This document shows, piece by piece, positions 39,293 to 51,600 of a stretch of 64,000 nucleotides of DNA. This DNA is from Bugula neritina (lineage: Eukaryota; Animalia; Bryozoa), in the NCBI GenBank assembly GCA_964035545.1, contig OZ037767.1, forward strand, positions 27,854,628 through 27,918,627. The letters run 5' to 3'. The notes under the pieces were generated by a model. That model worked only from the letters and a program-made list of their open reading frames with translations. It was not told the DNA's origin and searched no databases. The position numbers and the translations under genes were made by a program. Position 1 is the stretch's first letter; every line of letters starts with the position of its first letter.

Positions 39293-40670
39293 TTAAATAT
39301 GCATATTATATACATATTCTATATATTTTTGTACAGGGTATAGCATGGAAGATGCGTTATACATATGCTAAAAATAATTTCATACAATTAGTACGTATAA
39401 CTTATTTATTTCAGTTATTAATAACAAATGACAACGTTCATAATTTTTTTCGTAATTGTGACAAGCTATTAGTTTTTCAACAAAACATTAATAATTGCCA
39501 TACCAACAGCAACATTTCTTATTAACATATCATTATTCTATGAAAACACAATAACATATATCAAATTATTTTATATTTAGTCAAGACATATTCAACAGTC
39601 CTTACGCTATCTTCATACTGAATAAATACTTTGATGATAAAAGCTAAAGTATGAACTGCAATTTTAACATGGTAATTTCTTGGTGCAAAATTTTGTTTAT
39701 AAAACCCTTAAGGCTGGCTTCAACCAAGTAACTTTTGGATACGTTTACATACTTATATTCTTGTGCTAAACAAAATATAGCAATCTAATTAAAGCAGTAT
39801 GTTACAAGCCTACGATATACAGTAAATATGCCCACCTTTGGGGTTAAATAGTATTTTGAGGTTTCGCCACTCCCTATCTTGGCTAAATACATGAGGTTTT
39901 GGATAGTTTTTCTCTCTTCTGGGTTACCGGCCAGTATGCCAAATACAGTATTACCAAACACTGTGGCGTTTTTCTGCCAGTCATTTAAATTGTAGATGTC
40001 ATCTATTCGGTTGTTATAGTTTGGCGGAGGGGGGCGTGGAGCCGATGTTGTTGTAGTGGAACTCAAGGTAGAAACAGAGGTTTGATTACTTGAATTCTAA
40101 AAAAATAGAAACTGTGAGGACAGCAAGAGTAAATGAAAAGTTAAAAAATAATATATGATTTAGCATTTTCACTAATAACAATTGAATTTGCTTTGTGCTG
40201 TAACATGAATTTAGTGTCTACTCACTGATGGAATCATAGAGAAATTAGATGGTAACACGGTAGAGGAGTTTAGCGTTGCATTAGGTTGATTGGTTGAGTT
40301 CTACAATACAAAGTACGGGATATGCTAAGCTAACAATATAGCTACTAAATTGTAACAAGTAGTCCATTTCTTTCCATTGTAACTATAGGCTATCTTTGAC
40401 TACATATTATCAAGTGTGTAACTTACTATAACTATGACTCATTACTTACCACACTGGTTGAAGATGAGGAGTTACTAGAAACAGTGGAATTCTGGGACAT
40501 ACAACTCTGTCAAAAAATAAAGTTGAACTTTAAAGTACTATTAAACTTTAAAAAATGCATCAATGAATTTATATTCCTAAATTTATTATATTATATTAAT
40601 AAAATTAGCATATTTTACTTACCGAAAGTAATAGAACCCAGTTTACTGCAATAAAAACTGAATGCTTCAT
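30054..40670 (-). CDS. Nose-resistant-to-fluoxetine-6-like protein (NRF domain plus acyltransferase-3/OAC multipass domain)
   Basis: 22 phase-consistent exons: 40670-40623, 40506-40450, 40300-40226, 40096-39836, 39193-39080, 38710-38580, 37461-37361, 37031-36835, 36306-36225, 35886-35733, 35391-35172, 34912-34816, 34429-34250, 34061-33968, 33350-33252, 33000-32835, 32655-32576, 32129-32028, 31586-31460, 31036-30820, 30471-30329, 30188-30054. Signal peptide; NRF motifs WAIDMFDATGKPP...GNLNWVGQYDFC and GVCMPSTC; OAC motifs LDALRVFNMNWIVLGH, AVDSFFFISGLL, HRFIRILP, WSWYLSNDMQFY, PYCRIGPYLIG, PLGKLTFSVYLIH and FEWP. Confidence 0.93.
36490..36826. repeat. 16-bp minisatellite (~20 copies) next to an NRF-6-like donor
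   Basis: Unit ACACACTACACAGTAC; explains the His/Thr/Tyr ORF 36484-36984. Confidence 0.95.
37125..37310. repeat. Degenerate strand-biased (GTA/GTG)n trinucleotide tract
   Basis: gtagcagtagtggtaacagtggtagtagtgatagtag...; intronic. Confidence 0.8.
38500..38579 (-). repeat. 15-bp tandem repeat of a 5' splice site (GTAAGTTCATTTGCA, about 5 copies)
   Basis: Begins exactly at the donor of NRF-6-like exon 38710-38580. Confidence 0.88.
39203..39289. repeat. (TA)n microsatellite
   Basis: TA run adjacent to the acceptor at 39194. Confidence 0.95.
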
Positions 40671-40913
40671 TTTGTGTACAGAAATTAGGAGCAGGAATAT
40701 AATATCAGTTCATTCATAAGTGGTGACAGAATGCTTCACCACACCAAACTGTAACGCCTAGTGATAAGAATTGAAGGTAACCGTTGTATATCTAGATATT
40801 ATATACACCAACAATCATACTGCTTGAGCTAACAATGGAGATAAGACCATTATAATACAGTATATGTTCAGCTATGGTAGGCTTCAATTGTGACCCAAAA
40901 TTTAGCACAAGCT

Positions 40914-40976
40914 ACTGGCAGTACTTAATAAACTGGCAGTACTTGATAAACTGGCAGTACTTAATAAACTGGCAGT
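40914..40976. repeat. 18-bp tandem repeat (~3.5 copies) about 250 bp upstream of the NRF-6-like ATG
   Basis: Unit ACTGGCAGTACTT(A/G)ATAA. Confidence 0.9.
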
Positions 40977-42653
40977 TTAATAACCCACATGGCTAGCTGC
41001 TTCAGTAACAGTTTAAGGAATAGTTTTGTAAAACCTGCACCAATTAAAAACATTGCATTAATAAAATTAGACTAGAAAGATGCCACATGGAAATATTACA
41101 TGTCATATTTAAAAATAGCAAGTTCTTAAAAGTTCCCAAAGTTGTAAAGGAGATTTTTCAAAAACCATTTACATAACAGGAGCACTTTCAACAAATAGTT
41201 GCAACAATACAAAGTTCAAATGTACTTGGCGCTGCTTCCACTTCAAAGATCTGTTAAGGACACCCACACAAGTATTTAGTAGCAATATCTGTACAAAGTT
41301 TGCTTGTAAGCTCTCCGTATGAAATTCTCAACAAGATTTAGATAAAAATAATACCTACAACAAACTATAGATCAGTAAATAAGTGAGCGGTTATAGTAAA
41401 CAGCTGATGTCATAAAATCAGTTGATGGAATGGTGTGACAGCGTAACTGGGACAATATAAATCCTAAATATTTTACCAAAGGTCAAGAATTGATCAGATT
41501 GCCACCAAAATGTGGCCCAGTTCATGGCATGAAGTTTTTATAGAAATTCTATGCATCTGTAAGCATATAGTTAAGATTCCAACTAAAGAAATGATTATAA
41601 AATGTGTGTGTATATTTTTCATTAAACCATAGTTGGTTAGGGAGTGCCAAGTTAGATAAAGAGAGTTGTGTGGTCATGTACTATAAATAGCCATGGGGTG
41701 ATGTACCATGTGACCTATTACCTAGCAGCCTTTATCAGCATCATAATCCACACAACCTGTTTACCAATATTCCGTTAACTTCATAGTTTCTATGTCAATA
41801 CAAACCACTTCAAACCTGCAGCACTTGCTTAGCCTACAAGTTGGGTTAGATTGGTGGTATGGCCCCCAGAAGAAGCATACATAAGGAACTACTTGAAAAG
41901 TTGAAATTTCCTTCTTTAAAAGTAAACCTGTTGTTTCTGTTTTGCAAGTTTATTAAATTTATACGAGTATTTGCTACAATGTAGATTAGGAAAAAAAATA
42001 TATGTAAGACACTCAGTCCCAAAAAGCTCAGATTAAATTTTTCTTTCATGACAAAAAACGATAAAGCATGTCTTTACACAAGCATGGAATCAATACAAGA
42101 ACTCCCATCTCTTTTGAACAATGCTTTATAAGCCCCACCCTCTTCTAGTAACACATGGTCACTCTACCACCCTCTTCCTCTCCAATAACATAGTCACTTC
42201 ATCACTTTAAGTTCAGATATTAAATAACGCTACTTGAAGGTTGTTGTTGAGCTCCCAAGGAAACTATGGTAAACCTTTAAGCTGGAAACATTATTGTATT
42301 TTAAATTTTTATTGTATTAAATAGTATAATGAGAAAAATATTATGGAATAATTATAATAATATTACAACTACATGTGGCCATACTCTAAAAGTTGTATCA
42401 CTACATGCCACGAACCAGCTCTGTAATAGGCAGTAAATATTAAACTGCTGCCCGGTATGAAACATGTATGTAAAACTTTTCAAAGAAATTCACATCAGAG
42501 CAAGCTACTGTCCCTCAGTACACACAGAGTCCAACTGGCCTGTGCAAGCCTGGACCGTGTAGAAGTTGTTTAGTGCTATGTGAGACCAATATCAGCTCTG
42601 TTCAGCGTATTTTCTCTCATATGTATTGTATAGTCTAATAGATTACATCCTTT

Positions 42654-45600
42654 CTAATCATCATCCAGCAAATCATCAAAGTTTACGTCCTAGAAGACAA
42701 ATAAAGAGTGGGAGATAAGTGAGGCACAGTACAAAAAGTGAATATCTGCTGAATCAGGTGGTGCTGACGTGAGACCAATCACATAACAACAAACACTGGC
42801 AGCAAACATTAATCTAGGTAACATGCTGATAGAGAAATACAAAGCGAGTCACATGGTAGATAAGCTACTTGGCTACTTCAGTATCAACTTGGCTTGTTGC
42901 TTAGTGGTACAAGATTCTTAAGGCATACTGCCATCTATAAGTTTTCCGTACTTTTAAAAATATTTAGCGTGAGGCCATATTAGACAGATTTCACGTCAGC
43001 TATTACTATTAGCATATCAATAATTCTCTAAAGATAAAAAATGCTAGGATGACAAAAAGTCAAAAAATTTCTCCTCTGAAAATAAAAAATGCGTGTTTTA
43101 ATGTTTTAGCTGTCAAACCACCAAAAGACAGAGTAACAAGAACCGATGTATATCTAGACAAGTCTTTCAGTGAACAAATACACACTAACCCAGTGACAAA
43201 AGTAGTATGTAAAGATTTCGATCTATACCAGGGTCACAGTGATGCAAACAAAATTGATAAAAAATTCCTACATTAACATTCCTATTCTTTGGCACTAAAG
43301 CACAACAAATTATCACACCCTTGGTGGTGATATACATAGCGATACCTAATCACTGTTTATCACAGAGATAAATGCATCAACACTAAGCAATGACAATGCA
43401 GAGCGTCTCTTCACTCACAGAAGTATCAATTGTTTCATCAATTTTCATATTCTCTAAATCTAGCTCTAGCTCATCTTCCAGGAGTTGTGAGGGGGTGGGG
43501 GGTTTGTCCGCCTTTTGATGAGGGGATTCATGGGGTTGCCCTGAGTCTATAGTTGATGGCACTGTCGTCTGATTGGATGATCCCACTGGAGCACTGGGTG
43601 CTTCGGGGAGATCTTCTTCCTAGAGGATAAATTTAGTGAACGGCATAAGTGGAGGGCTTGAAGAGCGGATAGATCCTCAGAATAACGCTGCTCTCTGGTT
43701 AAAAAGAAACTTGCTTTGCTGGACATTATCTATTTTCACCTCAAGATTTTAAAATCAAAAACGCAGTTCCACCTCATAATGATTCATAATTCAACAAAAA
43801 CTACCAACATTTTGTAAAAAAATTACCAACACCTATTATTGGATTTCGACACAAAGTCAGTGAAAACAACAGAGCACTTACTGCGGCATCCTTAGAGTCC
43901 TCGGTAGTCGTGCTGGGATCAAATCTACCGGATTGAATTGCCTCCGCTACTTCCTGTTCTATATCTCGCTCAGTGTTGGTCTGCAACATAGAGATTAGCA
44001 CTGAGAGTTCTTGTACAGAGCTGCTATACTCCGTGTAGTAAAGTTAGTAGATATTCTGCCCGACACTCGGGGTGTAACAGATATACTCTCTGGTTACTTA
44101 CTGTGAGAGTGGGGTAAGCTTTAGCAGGGAGTTTTCTCCTCCGCTCCTGTGTGAGATATCTCTCAGTGACCTCGGATTCTTTGAGTCCGGGGAAGAGGTT
44201 GTTGTACTCTGCTGGGTCAGCCAACGTGGCTGCAAGTCTGGGGTGATTCTCTGCCACACTCTTTTTCCACAGCTTGGAGACTCTGAAGTATCATCAGCAT
44301 ATATACTATATATACTATATATACCTGGAGGTGTGACTAGGTAAGTATATACCATATATACCTGGAAGTGTAACTAGGTAAGTATATAATATATATACCT
44401 GGAGGTGTAACTAGGTAAGTATATACTATATATACCTGGAGGTGTAACTAGGTAAGTATATACTATATATACCTGGAGGTGTGACTAGGTAAGTATATAC
44501 TATATATACCTGGAGGTGTGACTAGGTAAGTATATACTATATATACCTGGAGGTGTGACTAGGTGAGTATATAACATATATACCTGGAGGTGTGACTAGG
44601 TAAGTATATACTATATATACCTGGAGGTGTGACTAGGTGAGTATATAACATATATACCTGGAGGTGTGACTAGGTAAGTATATACCATATATACCTGGAG
44701 GTGTAACTAGGTAAGTATATACTATATATACCTGGAGGCGTGACTAGGTGAGTATATAACATATATACCTGGAGGCGTGACTAGGTAAGTATATACTATA
44801 TATACCTGGAGGTGTGACTAGGTGAGTATATATTATATATACCTGGAGGTGTGACTAGGTGAGTATATACTATATATACCTGGAAGTGTGACTAGGTGAG
44901 TATATATTATATATACCTGGAAGTGTGACTAGGTAAGTATATACTATATATACCTGGAGGTGTGACTAGGTGAGTATATAACATATATACCTGGAGGTGT
45001 GACTAGGTGAGTATATAATATATATACCTGGAGGTGTGACTAGGTAAGTATATAATATATATACCTGGAGGTGTGACTAGGTAAATACGTTCTGGCAAAG
45101 AAAGCAGCCTCTGGAAGTCTCCCAGTACTGATAAGAAGATCCAAGCATTTCTCTGTTTCTCCAAGCATGAAGTAGGAAAGGAAGGAAACGTTATTATGAC
45201 CAGACTCTTGCGCCATTCCCGCTAGTTTTCCAACCTGAAGCCCACCAATATATGGTACAGCATAGTATAGTGTCGAATATAATATATTGAAGTACAGTAT
45301 ACCTATAGTATATTGAAGTATAGTATCTAGTATATTGAAGTATGGTATATAATATATTGAAGTACAGTATACCTATAGTATATTGAAGTACAGTATACCT
45401 ATAGTATATTGAAGTATAGTATCTAGTATATTGAAGTATGGTATATAGTATATTTTAGTATAGTATAACCAGGGTAGTACAGCATATTACAATGCATAAA
45501 ATAGTATACATTTATTGCCCTTTTAAGCTGAAAGCAACTTAGCTCTTTGGTTTCACATTTACTTAAAGCTTGAGTCGCTTATTTCACGACGTATCTCAAC

Positions 45601-48600
45601 CGACTATTTATTACGGAGGAAAGCTCACCATATCAGCATTTCCTGCAGACGTAGAAAGCAGAAGAAGTCCACCAAAGTCCTTAGCTCTCTGAAGGGCATC
45701 CTGAGCCAGACCAAACTCGGACTCAGAGAGAGCCAGATCTGCTAGCTGCTTCCATTTCCCTTCCGTCTGAAATCATAAGTGAGCCCAAACCTCGATACTG
45801 TTCACACAAAGCTGGCTAGTAACTACACATCTCTATGGAGGTGTATATAGAATGAACATGCTGCATTGTGCTGCATGATTATATTCAGCATCAAAAATCT
45901 ATTTACTAAAAGCTGGTAGTATTTGGAAGAATTTAAATTCATTTTGAATACAAACTAAACATTGACTTAAAAACTCAAACCTGTCATTGAAATCTAAGCA
46001 AGATTTACAACACAACATATTTAGAATGACGAATGCATACGTCTTGCTCCAGAGCTATGGCATAGGCCGTCTTGAGATCTGCCAACTGTAGTGCCAAGTC
46101 AAACTTATGCTCAGGATCACAAGTTACAGCTAGGGCCTGAGGCTTGAAGCCTTGCTTCTCTAGGAAATGTGCTACACGATTCCGCTGATCTTTAGGTATG
46201 GTTGGTAAGACCTGCACACAATCATACGAGTTGATGAAAGCTGGGAGCATCTCACTCAAATGCTTATAACAATGTTTGTAATTCATATCTCGCTTGATAA
46301 ATATATGTATAATGTTTTAGCTAAAGATACAAACTCAAACAAAATTAACTAATTATCTTATGCAAAATTTAGATACAGAAACAAATTGGCACAAGTTTAG
46401 ACAAACCAACGATAACAAAATTATCTGATAATTATCTTTTTAAGACAACAACCTTGTCAGCGGTGTCAAAGTCCTTCCTCATGACAGCCGTCTGATACTC
46501 TAGTACAGAGAGAAGGAGAGAGAAGCTGACAACGTTCAGTTCTTTGTCTCCCAAGTAGAGCCTGTTGTCTTTAGGTATATACCCTAGTACGTACATGACT
46601 CTGTCCAGGTGAGCTGCAATAGTATAATATATACCCCAGTACGTACATGACTCTGTCCAGGTGAGCCACACATGAGATATGCTAGATGTACAGTATGCTA
46701 TGTGTACAGTAGGTGAGATACTGAACGTGTTTACATACCGATAGTGACTAGTTCTCCCCCGACGTAGTAGTTGAGTCGGTTTACAGAGTTTGTGTAGATG
46801 AAGCAGTCACCAACCCAGCACCCCGTCTTTACCGTCTCCTCCACCTCACCAACCACCTGAAACACACCCCTTTGCCACTCAACACTGCTCTACTTCATCA
46901 GAGACACTTACAAGGATGCACTTTGACATTACATGTCGACACGTGTCAGCATAGCAACTTGGTTGCTGTAAGGTGTTCACTTGGACGTCACAATTAACAT
47001 AACAAAATATATTCTACGGCTGTAGCTACCCAATTCATTCCGAATACATAGAACAGAGTCATACCTCAAACGCATCTTCAATACCGTCGGCTGTGAGCAG
47101 CTCGGGGTCAGCTTTAGCTGCCTCGACAGCGTCAGCGCTGTACTTCAGTATATAGAAAGACTCTTCTGTGGCAATACATACGTGTTCACCTGTCTCTGAC
47201 CATAGTACCTGTAGACGGTCAGTATTGTATACACAGTATGTATACAGTGTATATACAGTATATACACATGTGGTAAGTAGAGTGTACATACAGTAAGTAG
47301 CACGGTAAGTAGAGTGTACATACAGTAAGTAGCACGGTAAGTAGAGTGTACATACAGTAAGTAGCACGGTAAGTAGAGTGTACATACAGTAAGTAGCACG
47401 GTAAGTAGAGTGTACATACAGTAAGTAGCACGGTAAGTAGAGTGTACATACAGTAAGTAGCACGGTAAGTAGAGTGTACATACAGTAAGTAGCACGGTAA
47501 GTAGAGTGTACATACAGTAAGTAGCACGGTAAGTGGAGTGTACATACAGTGAGTAGCATGGTAAGTACATACTAACCAATTTAGGTACAATTTCAATTCT
47601 TCTGACTAATTCCGTGGTTTCCCAGTCATAAAACGCCAGACCAGAAACAGACCGAACTCCGAGCATTGATCCGCCATAAATACCTGCAAAACAATCCATC
47701 TACCTGCACAGGAAATGGCCAGATAACATTCAGTCTACACAGAACCTGTCTATACTGACATTAAAATTTTAACATCAATTAAATTATACACCAATAATTG
47801 TTAAAATTCAATAAACTGAATGAGTTTAACACAAAATTTATCTTCAGTTAACCACAAAGTTATAACAAAACTCCTTGTTAGCAGACAACAAACTTTCTCG
47901 TTAATACTAGTAACAGAAACAAACCTTCGGCTCCAAACTCAGGTTTGAAGGATTTAATTTCCTTGAAGTTTTTGAAGAGTTTAACGTTTGTAGTGCCATC
48001 TCTAGTGGCATAGAGGGCGGAGTCATTGCTCCAGATGAACTCTAAGGCGGAGCCAAAGCTTTTGTTACGTAGTGCCATGGCAGTATAAATAATATATTCC
48101 CCATCGCCGCAAACAGTTACAAACCTAAAACCATAATGTAAACATATAGCCCGAGTATCCACTGGATTTAGTAGATATTCTTGGTAATGAGAAACTGTAA
48201 AGAGAAACTCATCACGTAGAAACAGCAACTGGAAAACATAGTGAGAAATTGTCACCACCTAAAAAAAAAGAAACTATTAAAAAAGGTGAGTCATCACCAT
48301 GGCTACCAAGGTCACTGTGGCTACCAAGGTCACCCTGTCTACCAAGGTCACCGTGGCTACCGAGGTCAGTATCCGAGTGCATGGACAAGAGGTTATTCCC
48401 CAGACAAGATAAAGTTAATGTAAAACACATTCTTTATCTTATCTAACATCAACCACCCTAAATATTGCTCGCTCATCTCTAATGTACAAGTTTCACAATT
48501 AGAACATCAATAACTATAGTCAACTTATTTACCCTGGCATGTTACATCTTACCCCTAAATATAGTAAGTTGCATGATAGTTTACAGGAGAGAACAAACTT

Positions 48601-51600
48601 CAAAATATTTGTGTCTCAGTTTGTTTATAATACTCCGCTAAATTGAACTGTGGGGAGGAACTCTGTTTCAATGGTGAAATAATTGTGTTTAGAAAACCTC
48701 ACTATAAGCTTTTCTAATAAGAAGAGCTGTTAATTTCCTTGCTGCATATTCGTATACATGTATAGTGATAGTGTATACTTTCTGTCAGTAAAAGTATGTT
48801 TGTAAGCAACAGCTACATATAACTTAGCCTACCTTCCATTGGGGTTATGTGATATGCTTTGAGGGTAGATTTCACAACTGCCCATGTCTTTGATGGCCAA
48901 TGGGAGTCGTTCTCCATCTTTAATATCTGCATCAGCTAGAGCCTTGATGTTAGCCTGTTGTATGTCTGCGTGTTTAGCCCATATGATCTTCCCTCCTGCA
49001 TCCATGGACATGGCAGGTTCCTCTCTGCCCAGCTACATCAATATATCACAACAATGTACAGTGAGCTATGTACGGTGTGTTATGTACAGTGTACTATGTA
49101 CAGTGTGTCACTACATCTACACAACAGCGCGGTACAGTGTGCTACTATACAATATGTTGTAATGACTACATAATGGCTAAATCACATCAGTCACTCAGGC
49201 AGATATGCAAAGCCAGCTTGGACAGACAACTCCAAAATTGACCAGTGCTATCATTAGAATCTAATTTGAATCACTTTGAGTATATTAATTGCATTTCCCA
49301 TTGACAGTAATAGTTGAAACAGCAAATTCAATATATGCAACTAAACAGTATACATATGGTAGTCAAGAGATGACAACTTCTGCAATTCTAAAGCGCACCC
49401 ATTAAGCATATGATATAAAATACGACTCAACATTGCATTATGCACAGTCAACAAAACTACTTGCTATGACCAACATAGTATTGGGGGAAGCTGAGTAGTT
49501 ATATAACTGTTAGTATACAATTAGTACATTACACAATGTACGTAGAACTAGACTCACGGAGATGATGATGCTTCCCTCGTCGTAACCAATGGATACGTTG
49601 TTACTTCCTCTCATGCACGCAATGCACCAAGCTCTCTCCATTCCATAGTTCAGTGTAGACTCGAGTCTGTAAGTGTTGGCGTGCCAGATTCTAGTTGTTC
49701 CTGTAGCAGATAGCAGACTGAGAGCACTGATGAAGGTATTAGGCAGCCACAAGCAAGTAGCAACACTATAGCACTGTTTAAATATGCTGAAATACTGTTT
49801 TATCAGAACCGTGTCGGTGACAAAACACAGTTGCTTTAACCATGCTTTCAGCTACATAATACATATGGGAAAAGCATTGGACAAACTGTCTAACAGAGTG
49901 AAATAATGAAACAATGCTTATAACAATGATACAACTAACTTAATGTGCCAGGCTAAACCTATTTAACTGGCTACACTAGGTAGACAACTCCCAATAGAGG
50001 AAACAATGTCCAGCTAGAAAGTGAGAGAAGAGAGATAACAGCACCAACTTACCATCCTCTGAGCCGGAGAGGATTATGGGTAGCTCTGGGTGGAATGCCA
50101 CACAAGTGATGTTCTGGGCGTGTCCTTCTAAAGTCTGCACACATGTTTTGTTCTATAGAACAGAAGAAAACAAAGTTCCATTAACTGTGCTTCTTCACAA
50201 CTGTATATAGTACTATAAAAGGTTCATATATTTGAGTCTAAGTCAAGCCTCAGACTGAGGAGGCATACCAGGAGGGGGGGGGGTTGAGAAGGTTACCCCA
50301 ACAACTAGCCTAAACTAGATACTTCAAACAAACATCACAGAAAGTGTACAAGAGCATACACAGAGCAACAATGAGTCAGTGTAGAATGGCCTGTGAGTTC
50401 CCTAGAGAGATTTAGTTAAAGGTTGACATGTTAGGCAGATAACACAACTCAAACTCCAGTTGAGTTTCCACACTCATTCAAACCATCAAACAACGCACCT
50501 GGTAGTCCCATATCTTGCAGGTCCTGTCATCGGCACCAGAGATCAGGTAAGGTTTGTCTCCCCCGGAATAATAATCTAGTGTATTAACTCCCTTTTCATG
50601 GCCTTCGAGGGTGAAGTTGGGAGTGGCTGAGCCTAAAGACCACACCTACAAATATTGAAAGAAAGGTTGTAGTTAAATCTAGCATATAGCCTATAAGAAC
50701 ACCAGCTATGCTTGAGCTACGACTAAACCAATGACATAACTTCCGTTGTGCACTTGAAACACCGCGGAGAGTAACTTTTGGAAAGTTTGTAGACAAGTAA
50801 TGAGAATAGAGAGCTGCATTTGACATCAACACTGAGTTAAAAAGTCACATGACCTTTATTGTCTTGTCTAGAGAGGCACTGGCAAAGGAGTTGTTGTCTT
50901 TCGGGTTGATCTTGATCTGCATCACATAGTGGGTGTGTCCTTCAAAGATCTGTGTACACGCCCACTTCTTTTCCCAGTCCCACAATTTTATGGTCGAATC
51001 ATCTACAGAAATTATTACTAATTAAAACATTCTCATTAACCAAAGATTATTGTAGAAATTGAAGAAACCTGCTAAATTTAAAACAAAAAAACTTACAAAA
51101 AATATTATAATTAAAACACTGATGAATGTCTAATAAAATGCTTTTGACATCAGATCTGCATTACTTTCAGGTGCACACGATAGAATGGAAAGTTTATTTA
51201 AGTTACTTTACAAAAAGAAAACTATATCACCACTACATGCCAATCAGCAGCCATGGTGATGTCAACAATGATTAAGTCACTAAATTACTTACACTAGTAA
51301 CGTACAAGAGTAACTTACCACTACTAGTGAGGATATATGGCTGAGTAGGATGAACGGCAATAGATCTTATGTAATCACTATGAGCCTCAAAGGTATGCAC
51401 TCTTTCCAGGGTGTTGTAGTTGAATATTTTCACTTGCATGTCATCCTGTGATGGGAAGGCACAACAAGTTTGTTACTTACAAGAGACCAAAACGTTATAT
51501 GTGCATATTGTTTAGGGAAATCATCAGGTGAACGTTGGATGGAGATACAAGATATTCTGTGTACAACTAGAAGACTACAATACTTTTGTTAACAAAATGA

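Noticed and set aside
44298-45085. 37-bp repeats resembling a CRISPR array in unit length
   Set aside because: Head-to-tail copies with no unique spacers, no cas genes, and a location inside a eukaryotic intron; the unit derives from the exon junction.
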